A DNA stretch of 64,000 bases from Pseudomonadota bacterium (GTDB lineage Bacteria > Myxococcota_A > UBA9160 > UBA4427), in assembly GCA_022361175.1 (NCBI GenBank), contig JAKSBN010000445.1, forward strand, positions 32,064 to 96,063, given 5' to 3'. Positions 50,854-63,152 of the stretch are shown one piece after another. A program made the translations under genes and the position numbers. Each line of letters starts with the position of its first letter. Position 1 is the stretch's first letter. The notes under the pieces were generated by a model. That model was given only the letters and a program-made list of their open reading frames with translations, made no database searches and had not been told where the DNA came from.

Positions 50854-52170
50854 ATGACGGGGGCGCTCGCCGAAAATCCGATGGCTTTCGCCCGCCGCCG
50901 CGCCGATCTGGGCCGGCCGCGCGGCTTCCTGCGCTGGGATCCCGAGACGCAGTGCGTCGTAGCGAGCGACCCCGATCTCGAAGCCCTGGCCGAGGCGTTG
51001 GCCGTCTGCCCGGACTACGACCGCCACGAGATCGTGCTGCTGGAGTCCCATCCGGAGACCGGAGCGCTCTTCGGCGCCTTTCTGCACCGGAGCGTCCGCG
51101 GGCAGCCCCAGGGCGGAGTCCGCCTCTGGCACTACGACGCGCTGGACGCCTATCTCCGGGACGGCCTCCGGCTGGCCCGCGGCATGGGACGCAAGTGCGC
51201 GCTCGCGGGACTCTGGTGGGGCGGCGGGAAGGCCGTCATCGCGCGCCCGCCCGAGGCCCTCGACTCGGACGCCGCCCGGCGCCACGTCTTCGCCGGTTTC
51301 GGCCGCTTCGTCACGTCGCTGCGAGGCGCCTACGTCACGGCAGAGGACGCCGGCACGCGTCCGCTCGACATGGCGGAGATCTATCGACACACGCGGTTCG
51401 CCACCTGCGTGCCCACCGAGGTCGGGGGCTCCGGGAACCCCTCGTTCATGACCGCCGCGGGCGTTGCCTGCGCCATGGAAGCGGGGCTCGACTTCCTCGG
51501 CGAGGGCGGACTGACCGACAAGACCGTCGCGATGCAGGGCGGCGGAAACGTGGGCGGTTTCCTGGTGGGAGAGCTCCTGAAGCGGCGTGTGAGCAGGGTC
51601 GTCGTGGCGGAGGTCGACAGCGAGCGCTGCCGCCTGCTGGCCGATCAGTTCGCCGGCGAGCCCGTGGACGTCCGACACGTCGCTCCCGACGATGACGGCG
51701 TGCTCGCGGAGCCCTGCGACGTGCTGGCCCCCAACGCCCTCGGCGGGGTATTGGGCCCGAAGACGATTCCGAGCATCCAGGCGGCGCTCGTCTGCGGCGC
51801 CGCCAACAATCCCTTGCAGGATCAAGAACGCGACGCCCCCGCGCTCCAGGAGCGCGGCGTCCTGTTGGTGCCGGACTACGTCGCGAATCGGATGGGTATC
51901 GTGAGCTGCGCCAACGAGCAGTACGGCAGCATCCCGGGAGACCCGGAGCTGGCGCGTCACCTCGGCCGCGATTGGGAAGGCTCGGTGTATCAGACGACGC
52001 TGCGTGTGCTGCGAGAAGCCCGCGAGGCCAAGCTGACGCCTCTGGAGGCGGCCAACCGGCTGGCGGACCGCGCGGCTCTGGTCCCGCACCCGATCTGGGG
52101 GCACCGCACGCGCGATCTGGTGGACGGCCTCCTGGCCGCGGGCTGGCACGAACAGCAGCCCGAGCGTTAG
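50854..52170 (+). CDS. Glu/Leu/Phe/Val dehydrogenase family protein
   Basis: GGVR, KCALAGL..GGGKAVI, YVTAEDAG, QGGGNVG, CGAANN, VPDYVAN. Confidence 0.85.
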   Translation: MTGALAENPMAFARRRADLGRPRGFLRWDPETQCVVASDPDLEALAEALAVCPDYDRHEIVLLESHPETGALFGAFLHRSVRGQPQGGVRLWHYDALDAYLRDGLRLARGMGRKCALAGLWWGGGKAVIARPPEALDSDAARRHVFAGFGRFVTSLRGAYVTAEDAGTRPLDMAEIYRHTRFATCVPTEVGGSGNPSFMTAAGVACAMEAGLDFLGEGGLTDKTVAMQGGGNVGGFLVGELLKRRVSRVVVAEVDSERCRLLADQFAGEPVDVRHVAPDDDGVLAEPCDVLAPNALGGVLGPKTIPSIQAALVCGAANNPLQDQERDAPALQERGVLLVPDYVANRMGIVSCANEQYGSIPGDPELARHLGRDWEGSVYQTTLRVLREAREAKLTPLEAANRLADRAALVPHPIWGHRTRDLVDGLLAAGWHEQQPER

Positions 52171-53201
52171 CCCACCTCGGCGCTCGTTCCCTCCCCCGAC
52201 TCGGCGAGCACCTCCGCCACGAACTCGGACTTGGCATCGGAATAGGCGATCCGGTCGCGGCTGTGTGCCGCGGCCAACTCGTGCTTGAGAGCGGCGTAGG
52301 CGTCGCGGCGGGCCGGGTCCGCGCGCAGAGCGTCGCGAAACCGCAGGTGGTCCCGATACTCGGCCCCGTCCGCCTCCAACACGTGCACGTGGTGCGTCGC
52401 GCCGGCCGCCCCCTTCTTGAAGAAGCGCCGGGTCGTGTTCTCGGGATAGTCGAGAAAGTGATAGCCGAGTCGAGCCAGCGCCGGAATCCACTCCTGCGCC
52501 GTGTCCAGATCCCGCACCCCGATCGCGATGTCGACGATCGGCTTGGCGATCAGCTCCCCCACGGCCGTGCTGCCGATGTGCTCGATGGCGAGGGCACGCT
52601 CATCGAGAACCGAGCGGAGCTCTTGCCGCTCGCGCTCGAACGCCTCCCTCCAGGCGGGATCGTGGGTCACGAGCTCGACGGCCGCCGTCACCTCCGCGTG
52701 AATTCGATCCACGACCTCCGCCGGCGTGCGCTTCGTGGTGTCGATCGGACGTCCGAGGTCCCCGACTTCCGCGCCGCGCTGGAGGAGCTCCACCAGCTCG
52801 CGGTTGCGGCCGAGCTCGAACGCCAAGCGGGCCGGATCGGTGCCCCGCGCCGCGCGCCGGCGAATGCGGCGCTCGGCCTCCTCCGCCGCGCACTCGAGCC
52901 GAAACACGTGCACCGGAGAGTGACGTTCCCAGAGCGGAGCTCGCAGGGCCGCGAGCTCACTCGGGGTCTCCCAGACCGACGAAATCACCAGGTTGCGCGC
53001 GCCGTGACGGAGGTGGATCGGGACCAGCTCCAGCAACCCTGCCCGCACCACCTCGCTGCGCTCCGGAGAGCCCGGCTTCAGGTGGTCTGCGGCGGCGAGG
53101 GCATCGGCCTCGAGGTTCGCGCAGGCCTCCAGCTGCCCGGCGAGCCCTTCTGCCGCGGTCGACTTGCCGACCCCCAGCGCTCCGTTCAGCAGCACGATCA
53201 C
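52167..53201 (-). CDS. P-loop kinase fused to GrpB/UPF0157 nucleotidyltransferase-like domain
   Basis: LNGALGVGKST; C-half IEHIGSTAV..LIAKPIVDI, HHVHV, FRDALR, YAALK, YSDAKSEF. Confidence 0.85.
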   Translation of the reverse strand: MIVLLNGALGVGKSTAAEGLAGQLEACANLEADALAAADHLKPGSPERSEVVRAGLLELVPIHLRHGARNLVISSVWETPSELAALRAPLWERHSPVHVFRLECAAEEAERRIRRRAARGTDPARLAFELGRNRELVELLQRGAEVGDLGRPIDTTKRTPAEVVDRIHAEVTAAVELVTHDPAWREAFERERQELRSVLDERALAIEHIGSTAVGELIAKPIVDIAIGVRDLDTAQEWIPALARLGYHFLDYPENTTRRFFKKGAAGATHHVHVLEADGAEYRDHLRFRDALRADPARRDAYAALKHELAAAHSRDRIAYSDAKSEFVAEVLAESGEGTSAEVG

Positions 53202-53466
53202 GACCTACCCCCTCGTTCGTCCGACCCGTCAAGGCCACGGGCCACGCCCCAACCCGCAACTCTCGCGCAGTGGGTCGCGGAGCGCCCGCCGTTTCACTGT
53301 GGCTCTCGCCGTTCATCCGATGGTCGCGAGAATCATACAGTCGTTTGAATTTGCGTGTGCCAGCTTCATCGGGCTCCCGCTGGGGTGGGGTGTACCTCCC
53401 TTGCGGCTCAGGCCGAGAGCCGAATCGGACGATGACACCAAACTGGATCAAAGAGGGAGATCGCCC

Positions 53467-54042
53467 GTGACCGCCGAAGCCTCCGTCAAGGGCGCCATCC
53501 TCGAGTTGCCGCTCTGCCGCATCAATCGACTGATCAGCGCCGGCAAGCTCGACGAGAAGGCGCTGTCGCAGCATCTCAGTGCCGAAGACATCGACCTCCT
53601 GGGGCAGTCCTGCCACCCGACACTCTGGTACCCCGTGGAAATCCACGACCGCATGATGCGCGTGCTCTGCGACTGCGAAGGCGCCGGCGACATGCCGACC
53701 TACGGACGCCGCTTCGGTTGGAGCGAATCCGACCGCATGCTGGAGAAGGGGGCCATCGGCGCCCTCGTGGAGCGCGGCTCCGTCTTCGGCAACCGGGCGG
53801 GGGTGGTGCTCGTCAAGCTGGCCGACCTGGCCTTCAACTTCGGCGAATGGCGCTACGTGGGCGACAACATGACGGACTTCGAGGTGGAAGGGACCGACGT
53901 GGAGGACCTGCCGGAGTCCATGCGTTTCGCGCTGGAGGGATTCATCTCGCTGCTGGCGTCGCGCGTGAGCGGCAGCGAGGTCTGCACGTGCAGCCAGCGC
54001 GACGTGCACGACCGCGTGGTGTTCTCGACCACACTGCGCTAG
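53467..54042 (+). CDS. Hypothetical protein resembling Myxococcales DUF2378 / V4R-like family
   Basis: GAGGGAG RBS + GTG; SVKG start motif, LWYPVE, FNFGEW. Confidence 0.5.
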   Translation: MTAEASVKGAILELPLCRINRLISAGKLDEKALSQHLSAEDIDLLGQSCHPTLWYPVEIHDRMMRVLCDCEGAGDMPTYGRRFGWSESDRMLEKGAIGALVERGSVFGNRAGVVLVKLADLAFNFGEWRYVGDNMTDFEVEGTDVEDLPESMRFALEGFISLLASRVSGSEVCTCSQRDVHDRVVFSTTLR

Positions 54043-54046
54043 GAGC

Positions 54047-56908
<2,862 letters not shown>

Positions 56909-57134
56909 GGGCTCGAACGCTCCTTGTCAGCCTGCCAGGACCCGACCTGGATCGCGCCAGGTCGTACAACCGTCCTGCGACGGCCGAGACGATACAGATC
57001 ATCGGTTTCTTCGCGCCCCCTCTCAAGCCGCCGGACGCGATTTTTCCTCGCGGCTTCCACACTCTGGCCACGGCCGTGGCACGCCGGGGCCGAATCCGGC
57101 GCAGCCGGAGAGCGGCGCTTGCTAGCTTCCGCGC

Positions 57135-57788
57135 GTGCAACTCGGCCCGTGTCTCCGGCGTGCGTTTTTCGAGCGCCCCTGCCTGCAGGTGGCGCCGGAT
57201 CTGATCGGCGCGATCCTCGTGCGAACGCTCCCGAGCGGCTTTCGCCTCCTCGGCCGCATCGTGGACGTGGAGGCCTACCTGGGGGACGGCCGCGATCCCG
57301 CTTCCCATTCGCACCGCGGCCCGACGCCCCGAAACCGCTCCATGTTCGGCCCCCCCGGCCGCCTCTACGCCTACCGGAGCTACGGCATCCACACCTGCGT
57401 GAACCTGGTGTGCGAGCCGGAGGGCTCCGGGGCCGCCGTGCTGCTGCGCGCCGTCGAGCCGCTGGCGGGCTTCGCCGAGATGCGCCGTCTGCGGGGCCTG
57501 CCGCGTGACCGCGCGGACCGGCTCCTGGCCAACGGACCCGGCAAGCTGGCCCAGGCCCTCGACCTCGACCTCAGCTGGGATGGCGCCAGCGTCCTCCGCG
57601 GGCCCGTCCAGGTGCGCGGCCCGCGGACAGGTGCCCCGCGGCCCGACATCGGCCGCAGCGGGCGCGTGGGGATCTCGAAGGGCACTCGTCTGGCGTATCG
57701 CTTCTTCGAGCGCCGGAGCCCCTGGACGGGGCCCGCACCCCGGGCCACCACCGCGGGCCGAGCCGCACCCGCAGGGGCCGATTCGTGA
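57135..57788 (+). CDS. DNA-3-methyladenine glycosylase (MPG/AAG type)
   Basis: GRIVDVEAY, DPASH, YRSYGIH, AVLLRAVEP, NGPGKL, RVGIS. Confidence 0.92.
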   Translation: MQLGPCLRRAFFERPCLQVAPDLIGAILVRTLPSGFRLLGRIVDVEAYLGDGRDPASHSHRGPTPRNRSMFGPPGRLYAYRSYGIHTCVNLVCEPEGSGAAVLLRAVEPLAGFAEMRRLRGLPRDRADRLLANGPGKLAQALDLDLSWDGASVLRGPVQVRGPRTGAPRPDIGRSGRVGISKGTRLAYRFFERRSPWTGPAPRATTAGRAAPAGADS

Positions 57789-57798
57789 CGAGCGCCCG

Positions 57799-58128
57799 CT
57801 AGCGGGGGCCGGGAGCGAGAATGGCGAGCACGACCAGCCGTTCGCTCGACGTGTTGCGAATGCCGTGGGGGACGCCCTCGGGCGCCACCAACATCACGCC
57901 CGGCTCCATGGGGAGCTCTGCGTCCTCGAGCAGGAAGAGACCGGTGCCCGCCAGCACCTGATAGACCTTGTCCATGCCCGCGTGGGCGTGCAGATCGTGC
58001 TGCTGCCCGGGCTCGAACCCGTTGAGGCCGACCAGGATCCGGTCCGACTCGAACAGCGTGGCCTTGCCCATCTTGTCGGGCCGGAATTCCGCAAACGCCT
58101 CCGGTCGAAATGCACTGGGGTGATCCAT
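57799..58128 (-). CDS. Cupin domain protein
   Basis: HAHAGMDKVY and GVPHGIRN; start re-called at MDHP. Confidence 0.85.
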   Translation of the reverse strand: MDHPSAFRPEAFAEFRPDKMGKATLFESDRILVGLNGFEPGQQHDLHAHAGMDKVYQVLAGTGLFLLEDAELPMEPGVMLVAPEGVPHGIRNTSSERLVVLAILAPGPR

Positions 58129-58375
58129 CGGGCCGAGCTCTCCTTGCGTTGGCGCGTGGAATGGGGCGCGCGGTGGACCGCAGGGTAGCGAGTTGCCGGT
58201 AGCCGAAGGGCTGTTGCCGGCCGCCTGCCACCGGATGACGGTGCTGTGAAAAAAGTGACTATCCGGCGCTAAACCGAGGCCAAAACACGACAGTTTGGTT
58301 GTAACCTGCGGCCAGCCAAAGGGCACTTACCGGTCGGTTCCATGCGGAACCCATCGAAAGAAGGTGAGCGCAGCC

Positions 58376-58606
58376 ATGAAGGTGAGCAAACGCCGCTTGC
58401 GACGTGTATTGCTGCTCGCGGGATTCCTCGGGATCCTGGCGGCGCCTGCATGGGCATTCGGCAATCGGCCTCCGGTCACCAATCAAGGTGTCCGGTCGAC
58501 GATCACCGATCAGCCGGCCAATCCGATTCCGGAACCGGCTGCTGCTCTTGTTTTCGCCGCGGGCACGGCTCTGGTGGCCTACCGCCTCCGGAAGCAGCGC
58601 CCCTAG
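58376..58606 (+). CDS. PEP-CTERM sorting-domain microprotein (76 aa)
   Basis: Signal peptide ending AWA; IPEP, TM helix, RLRKQR tail. Confidence 0.8.
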   Translation: MKVSKRRLRRVLLLAGFLGILAAPAWAFGNRPPVTNQGVRSTITDQPANPIPEPAAALVFAAGTALVAYRLRKQRP

Positions 58607-58627
58607 CTGCGCGCGTCACCGCAATCG

Positions 58628-58661
58628 GGTCCCCAGCTCGCTTCACGGCGGGCTGGGGATC
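58628..58661. terminator. Stem-loop between convergent genes
   Basis: TCCCCAGCTCGC-TTCACG-GCGGGCTGGGGA. Confidence 0.65.
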
Positions 58662-59540
58662 TCAAGTTCCAGCGAAGTTCCAGACGTTCTCCACGACCAG
58701 CTCGGGCCGCTCCATGGGGACCAGGTGTCCGGCGTCGACGTCCACGATCTGGAGACGCGGGGTTGCCGCCGCCAAGCCCTCGTACACGGCGCGCGGGAAG
58801 TTCCCCCGCGCGGCCCACAGAACCCGCGTCGGCACCGCCAGCGACGCGATGTCCGCCAAGAGCAGCGCACTGCCCGGGCCGCCCTCGAAGACGCGAGCCT
58901 CGACCTCGGCGGAGCACTTGAGCTCGACGCCGCCGTCGGGCCGCTCGCGCAGGCCCTCCTGCACGTAGAGATCGAGCGCGCGCGGGGTCCAGGCGGCGAA
59001 GAGCTCGCGCTCGGCGAACCACCGGCGCGCCTCCGCGCGATCCGGCCAGTCCTGCCGGCGCTTGCGGGCCCGCTCGACCAGATCACGCCCTCGCTGCGCC
59101 CGCTCCGGGTCCACGCCCTCGACCGGCGGCGTCACCACGGGGTCGACCAGCAGCAGCTGCCGGAAGAGCCGGGGACGGCGGAGCGCCGCCGAGAGCATGA
59201 GGGTGCCCCCGAACGAGTGCCCGATCCCCAGCGCCACGCCTGAGGCCGCGAATTCGGCGGAGACGGTTTCCGCCACGAAGGCCACGTCTTCCGCCAGCGC
59301 GGGCCACGCCGTGGCGTCCGGACCCGGCGGGCAGCTCGAGTCGCCTTGGCCGCGCGCGTCCATCCCGACGACGCGGTAGGCCTCCCGCAGCGCTTCGGCC
59401 ACGGGCGTCAACGTCGCGGCACAGAAGCCGTTCGCGTGGTGCAGGAGTGCCAGCGGGCCGTCGCCTCCCCAGTCGAGCAGGGCGATGTCGTGGCCGGTGT
59501 CGGGTCGACGCAGGCGGCGGCGGGTCGCGTCGCGCAGCAT
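58662..59540 (-). CDS. Alpha/beta hydrolase
   Basis: HHANGF, DARGQGDS, GHSFGG, AGHLVPME. Confidence 0.88.
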   Translation of the reverse strand: MLRDATRRRLRRPDTGHDIALLDWGGDGPLALLHHANGFCAATLTPVAEALREAYRVVGMDARGQGDSSCPPGPDATAWPALAEDVAFVAETVSAEFAASGVALGIGHSFGGTLMLSAALRRPRLFRQLLLVDPVVTPPVEGVDPERAQRGRDLVERARKRRQDWPDRAEARRWFAERELFAAWTPRALDLYVQEGLRERPDGGVELKCSAEVEARVFEGGPGSALLLADIASLAVPTRVLWAARGNFPRAVYEGLAAATPRLQIVDVDAGHLVPMERPELVVENVWNFAGT

Positions 59541-59614
59541 GGAAGAGGGTCTAGCCTCTCCCGCCCGGCGGCCGCAAGCCGGGACGCAGCCCGGGTTTGG
59601 CCTACCTTGGCGCC

Positions 59615-60256
59615 ATGACTGCCGAGCCACACCCCCCGTTGGCCTTCTCCAGCGAGCTGCGCGAACGCGTCTCCGGCCATCTCCGGAGCTTCGTGCGCCG
59701 CGCCCACCGCGATCCGGAACTCCGGCCGGCGGCCGTGGCCCTGGTGCTGCTGGCGGACGAACGCGGACACGCGTCGTTCGTCCTCACTCGGAGAGCTCGC
59801 GGCCTGCGCAAGCACAGCGGCCAGTGGGCCCTGCCGGGGGGCCGCCTGGACCCGGGCGAGACGGCCGTCGGTGCGGCCCTGCGCGAGCTCCGGGAGGAGG
59901 TCGGGCTCGAGCTGGGCGACGACGACGTGCTGGGAGAGCTCGACGACTATCCGACGCGCTCGGGATTCGTCATCACGCCCGTGGTGGTGTGGGGCCGCTC
60001 CGGCGCCCGACTGGTCGCCAACCCCGAGGAGGTGGCCGAGGTCTACCGGGTGCCGGTGGCCGAACTCGACCGACCGGACGTCCCGCGGCTGCGTCGGATC
60101 GAGCAGAGCGACCGGCCGGTGATCTCGGTTCCGCTGCTGGGCACCCAGATCCACGCGCCGACGGCGGCCGTCCTCTACCAACTGCGCGAGGTGGCGGTGC
60201 ACGGGCGCGACACCCGCGTGGACCACTTCGAACAGCCCGTCTTCGCCTGGCGCTAG
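59615..60256 (+). CDS. Nudix hydrolase, CoA pyrophosphatase (NudL-like)
   Basis: LTRRA..LRKHSGQWALPGG; Nudix box GETAVGAALRELREEVG. Confidence 0.9.
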   Translation: MTAEPHPPLAFSSELRERVSGHLRSFVRRAHRDPELRPAAVALVLLADERGHASFVLTRRARGLRKHSGQWALPGGRLDPGETAVGAALRELREEVGLELGDDDVLGELDDYPTRSGFVITPVVVWGRSGARLVANPEEVAEVYRVPVAELDRPDVPRLRRIEQSDRPVISVPLLGTQIHAPTAAVLYQLREVAVHGRDTRVDHFEQPVFAWR

Positions 60257-61122
60257 CGGCGAAGACGGCGCACGAGCGCCGCTGAAAGCCGACCGCGGGC
60301 CACCTCGGCCACCGGCCCCCGCAGCGTCACCTGGCCGTCGTCGGCCACCTCCACCCACAGCGAGCCGCCGGGCGAGGCCACGGTCACCGGGCTCTTCACG
60401 CGCCCCACGCGAACCGCCGCCGCGGCCGCCGCGCAGGCGGAGGTGCCCGAAGCCGCCGTCTCTCCCGCGCCCCGTTCCCAGATGAGCAGGCGAAGAGCCC
60501 GGGGTCCCGTCGCCACCGCCAGCTGCACGTTGGTCCGGCGCGGAAACACGGCGTGGTGCTCGAGCTCGGGCCCGAGCTCGCGGAGCTCCTGCGCGGTCCA
60601 GCTCTCGCCCGGCTCGCGGAACACGACGCAGTGCGGATTCCCCACGCTGACGCCCGTGAATCGCAGCCGCCGGCCTCCCACGTCGAGCTCCCGATCCACC
60701 AACTCGCCCGAGAGCGTGCACGGCAACGCCGCGGCCTCGAAGCGGGCCCGTCCGATCCCGACGGTGACGTCGCCCGCCTCGCCGTGGCGGTCCAGATGCA
60801 GCGCCACGTCCACCAGGCCGCCCCGGGTCTCCACGCGGAAGCGCCGGCGGCGCGTTCGCCCGGTGGCGTACAGGTAGCGGGCGAAGATCCGCAGACCGTT
60901 GCCGGACTTCTCCGCCTCGCTGCCGTCGGGGTTGAAGATGCGCAGGCCGAAGTGCGCCTTCCGCGAGGCCGCCAGCAACAGGACCCCGTCTCCTCCCACC
61001 CCCTCGTGGCGATCGCAGAGAAGCCTCGCCCGCCGCGGCGTGACGCGGAAGTCGAGCTCGGCCGGGTCCAGCGCCAGGTAGTCGTTGCCGAGCCCGTGCC
61101 CCTTGAAAAAGCCGTTGCGCAC
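60253..61122 (-). CDS. dapF: Diaminopimelate epimerase-family protein with Ser at both catalytic positions
   Basis: KGHGLGNDY, GVGGDG, FNPDGSEAEKSGNG, VGNPHCV, WERGAGETAASGTS. Confidence 0.85.
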   Translation of the reverse strand: MRNGFFKGHGLGNDYLALDPAELDFRVTPRRARLLCDRHEGVGGDGVLLLAASRKAHFGLRIFNPDGSEAEKSGNGLRIFARYLYATGRTRRRRFRVETRGGLVDVALHLDRHGEAGDVTVGIGRARFEAAALPCTLSGELVDRELDVGGRRLRFTGVSVGNPHCVVFREPGESWTAQELRELGPELEHHAVFPRRTNVQLAVATGPRALRLLIWERGAGETAASGTSACAAAAAAVRVGRVKSPVTVASPGGSLWVEVADDGQVTLRGPVAEVARGRLSAALVRRLRR

Positions 61123-61215
61123 CGGAGCAGTCTGGCGAACGGCGGGCCGCGTCGCGAGCCCTCACGCTATGGTGCTAGCCGGTACACCCCTGTGTCGCCG
61201 GGGAGGGATCGCCGG

Positions 61216-62133
61216 GTGCCGGAGCTGCCGGACATCACCGCCTACCTGGAGGCGCTCGAGGAGCGCATCGTCGGCCAACCGGCCGAGCGCGTCGCCGTGC
61301 CCGGCCTCTCGCTGCTGCGCTCCGTCGACCCGGCGCCGGGCGAGGTCGAGGGCCGGCGCGTCGCGGGAGCGCGCCGGCTGGGCAAGCGCGTGGTGTTGGA
61401 GTTCGAGGACGACCTCTTCTTCGTGTTCCACTTGATGATCGCCGGCCGCTTCCACTGGAAGCCGCCCGGGAAGGTCGCCAAGGGGCGCCGCGAGCTCTTC
61501 TCGCTGGGCTTTTCGGAGGGCACGCTCACCCTCACTGAAGCCGGCACCAAGCGCCGGGCCAGCCTGCACGTAGTGCGGGGCGCGGCCGCGCTGGCGGAGC
61601 ACGATCCCGGCGGACTCGAAGTCCTGGAATGCGAGTTCGCGGCCTTCGGCGCCGCGCTCACCGCGAGAAACCACACACTGAAGCGGGCGCTGACCGACCC
61701 CCACATCCTGAGCGGCATCGGCAACGCCTACTCGGACGAGATCCTGCACCACGCGCGCCTCTCGCCCGTGCGGCTCAGCCAGAAGCTCAGCGGAGAGGAG
61801 CTCGAGCGCCTGTTCGAGTCCGCGCGCGAGACCCTGAATCTGTGGGTGGAACGCCTCTGCCGGCAGCGCGCCGGTGGCTTCCCCGAGAAGGTCACCGCGT
61901 TTCGCGACGACATGGCCGTTCACGGCCGCTACGGCAAGCCCTGCCCCGTCTGTGACGCTCCGGTCCAGCGCATCGTGTACGCCTCCAACGAGACCAACTA
62001 CTGCGCCCCCTGCCAGACGGGCGGCCGGCTCCTGGCCGACCGCGCGCTGTCGCGGCTCTTGAAGAAGGACTGGCCGCGGTCGCTGGAAGAACTGGAGGCC
62101 CGCCGCGCGGCGGGACGCGCCGGCGGGCGCTAG
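61216..62133 (+). CDS. Fpg/Nei family DNA glycosylase
   Basis: PELPDI N-terminus, RLGKR, HLMIAG, H2TH GIGNAYSDEIL, Zn finger CPVC...CAPCQ. Confidence 0.9.
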   Translation: MPELPDITAYLEALEERIVGQPAERVAVPGLSLLRSVDPAPGEVEGRRVAGARRLGKRVVLEFEDDLFFVFHLMIAGRFHWKPPGKVAKGRRELFSLGFSEGTLTLTEAGTKRRASLHVVRGAAALAEHDPGGLEVLECEFAAFGAALTARNHTLKRALTDPHILSGIGNAYSDEILHHARLSPVRLSQKLSGEELERLFESARETLNLWVERLCRQRAGGFPEKVTAFRDDMAVHGRYGKPCPVCDAPVQRIVYASNETNYCAPCQTGGRLLADRALSRLLKKDWPRSLEELEARRAAGRAGGR

Positions 62134-63014
62134 CGCCCCCGGATGTCGTCGCCCAAGTGCATGAGCGGCAGGGGCTTCGAGCTCGAGGAATCCATGAAGT
62201 AGATCTTGGAGGCCGGGTCCTTGGACATGGACTTCAGCGCCTCCAGGCTCTGGAGCTGGATGTAGGCGGGGTTGCGGGCCACGGCCTTGTTGATCTGCTC
62301 GATCTCGTAGGCCCGCGCGTCCGCCAGGATGCGCCGCTTCTTGGCTTCCTCTTCCGCGGCCTGCCGCTCCGCCTCGGCCGCCGCGATCTTCTGCTGCTGC
62401 TCGGTGCGGAAGCGCTCGAGTTCGGCCTTCTGCTTCTCCACCTCCTGCTCGCGCTCCTTCTTCGCCTCGATGGCCTTCGCGATGAAGGGCGGCAGGTTGA
62501 TGTCGCGGATCAGCACCGCCTGCACCTCGATGCCCTTGGGCTCCAGATACACCTTCAGCTCGGATTCGAGCGACGTCTGCAGATTCTCCTGGGTCTCCTC
62601 CCGGAAGAAGTCCTCGGCACGCGGGATCGACTTGCCCTGCTCGCGCAGGAGGGAGCGGAGCTTCGGCACCAGATGGACGTTGATGGCCTGGTCCATGGTG
62701 CCCGTGTCCTTCAGGATCTGCGGTGCCATGGTGCCCACCAGGCGGTACTGGACGCTCACGTCGACCTTGGTCTGGAGCTGGTCCTGGGTGGGGACGGCCG
62801 CGACTTCCTTGTGGGTCTTCTGCCGGGCGTCGTACTGAACCCAGCTGAGAAGCGGATTCACGACGTGAAAGCCCTCCAGCTTGGGGGTCGGCCGGACCTC
62901 GCCGAACAGCGTCGCCACCGCGACGTGTCCGGCCGGCACGGTCAGGATGAACCGACCTCCGAACATGAGCACTGCGATGACGGCCACGAAGACGCCGATG
63001 AGCCTGGGGTTCAT
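62130..63014 (-). CDS. SPFH / prohibitin family membrane protein
   Basis: N-terminal TM, VPAGHVAV, VDVSVQY, LIRDINLP, AIEAK coiled coil. Confidence 0.88.
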   Translation of the reverse strand: MNPRLIGVFVAVIAVLMFGGRFILTVPAGHVAVATLFGEVRPTPKLEGFHVVNPLLSWVQYDARQKTHKEVAAVPTQDQLQTKVDVSVQYRLVGTMAPQILKDTGTMDQAINVHLVPKLRSLLREQGKSIPRAEDFFREETQENLQTSLESELKVYLEPKGIEVQAVLIRDINLPPFIAKAIEAKKEREQEVEKQKAELERFRTEQQQKIAAAEAERQAAEEEAKKRRILADARAYEIEQINKAVARNPAYIQLQSLEALKSMSKDPASKIYFMDSSSSKPLPLMHLGDDIRGR

Positions 63015-63152
63015 GCCTGTCCCTCCTGCTGAAGTCGGGGCATAGGGTCGCGGCCCCCGCAAGGAATTCAAGCCCTCTTCTCAAGGCGACGCCGGGGCCG
63101 GTCGATGGGGGGCCGAGCGCCGGGCCCCACCGCCCGCGGACCGGGAGGAAGC

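Noticed and set aside
49516-52491. 991-aa minus-strand ORF
   Set aside because: The acyl-CoA dehydrogenase starts at 50724; the upstream part is antisense to the amino-acid dehydrogenase
58240-58375. Sigma54 promoter expected upstream of a PEP-CTERM gene
   Set aside because: GGCAC is present but lacks GC at the correct -12 spacing
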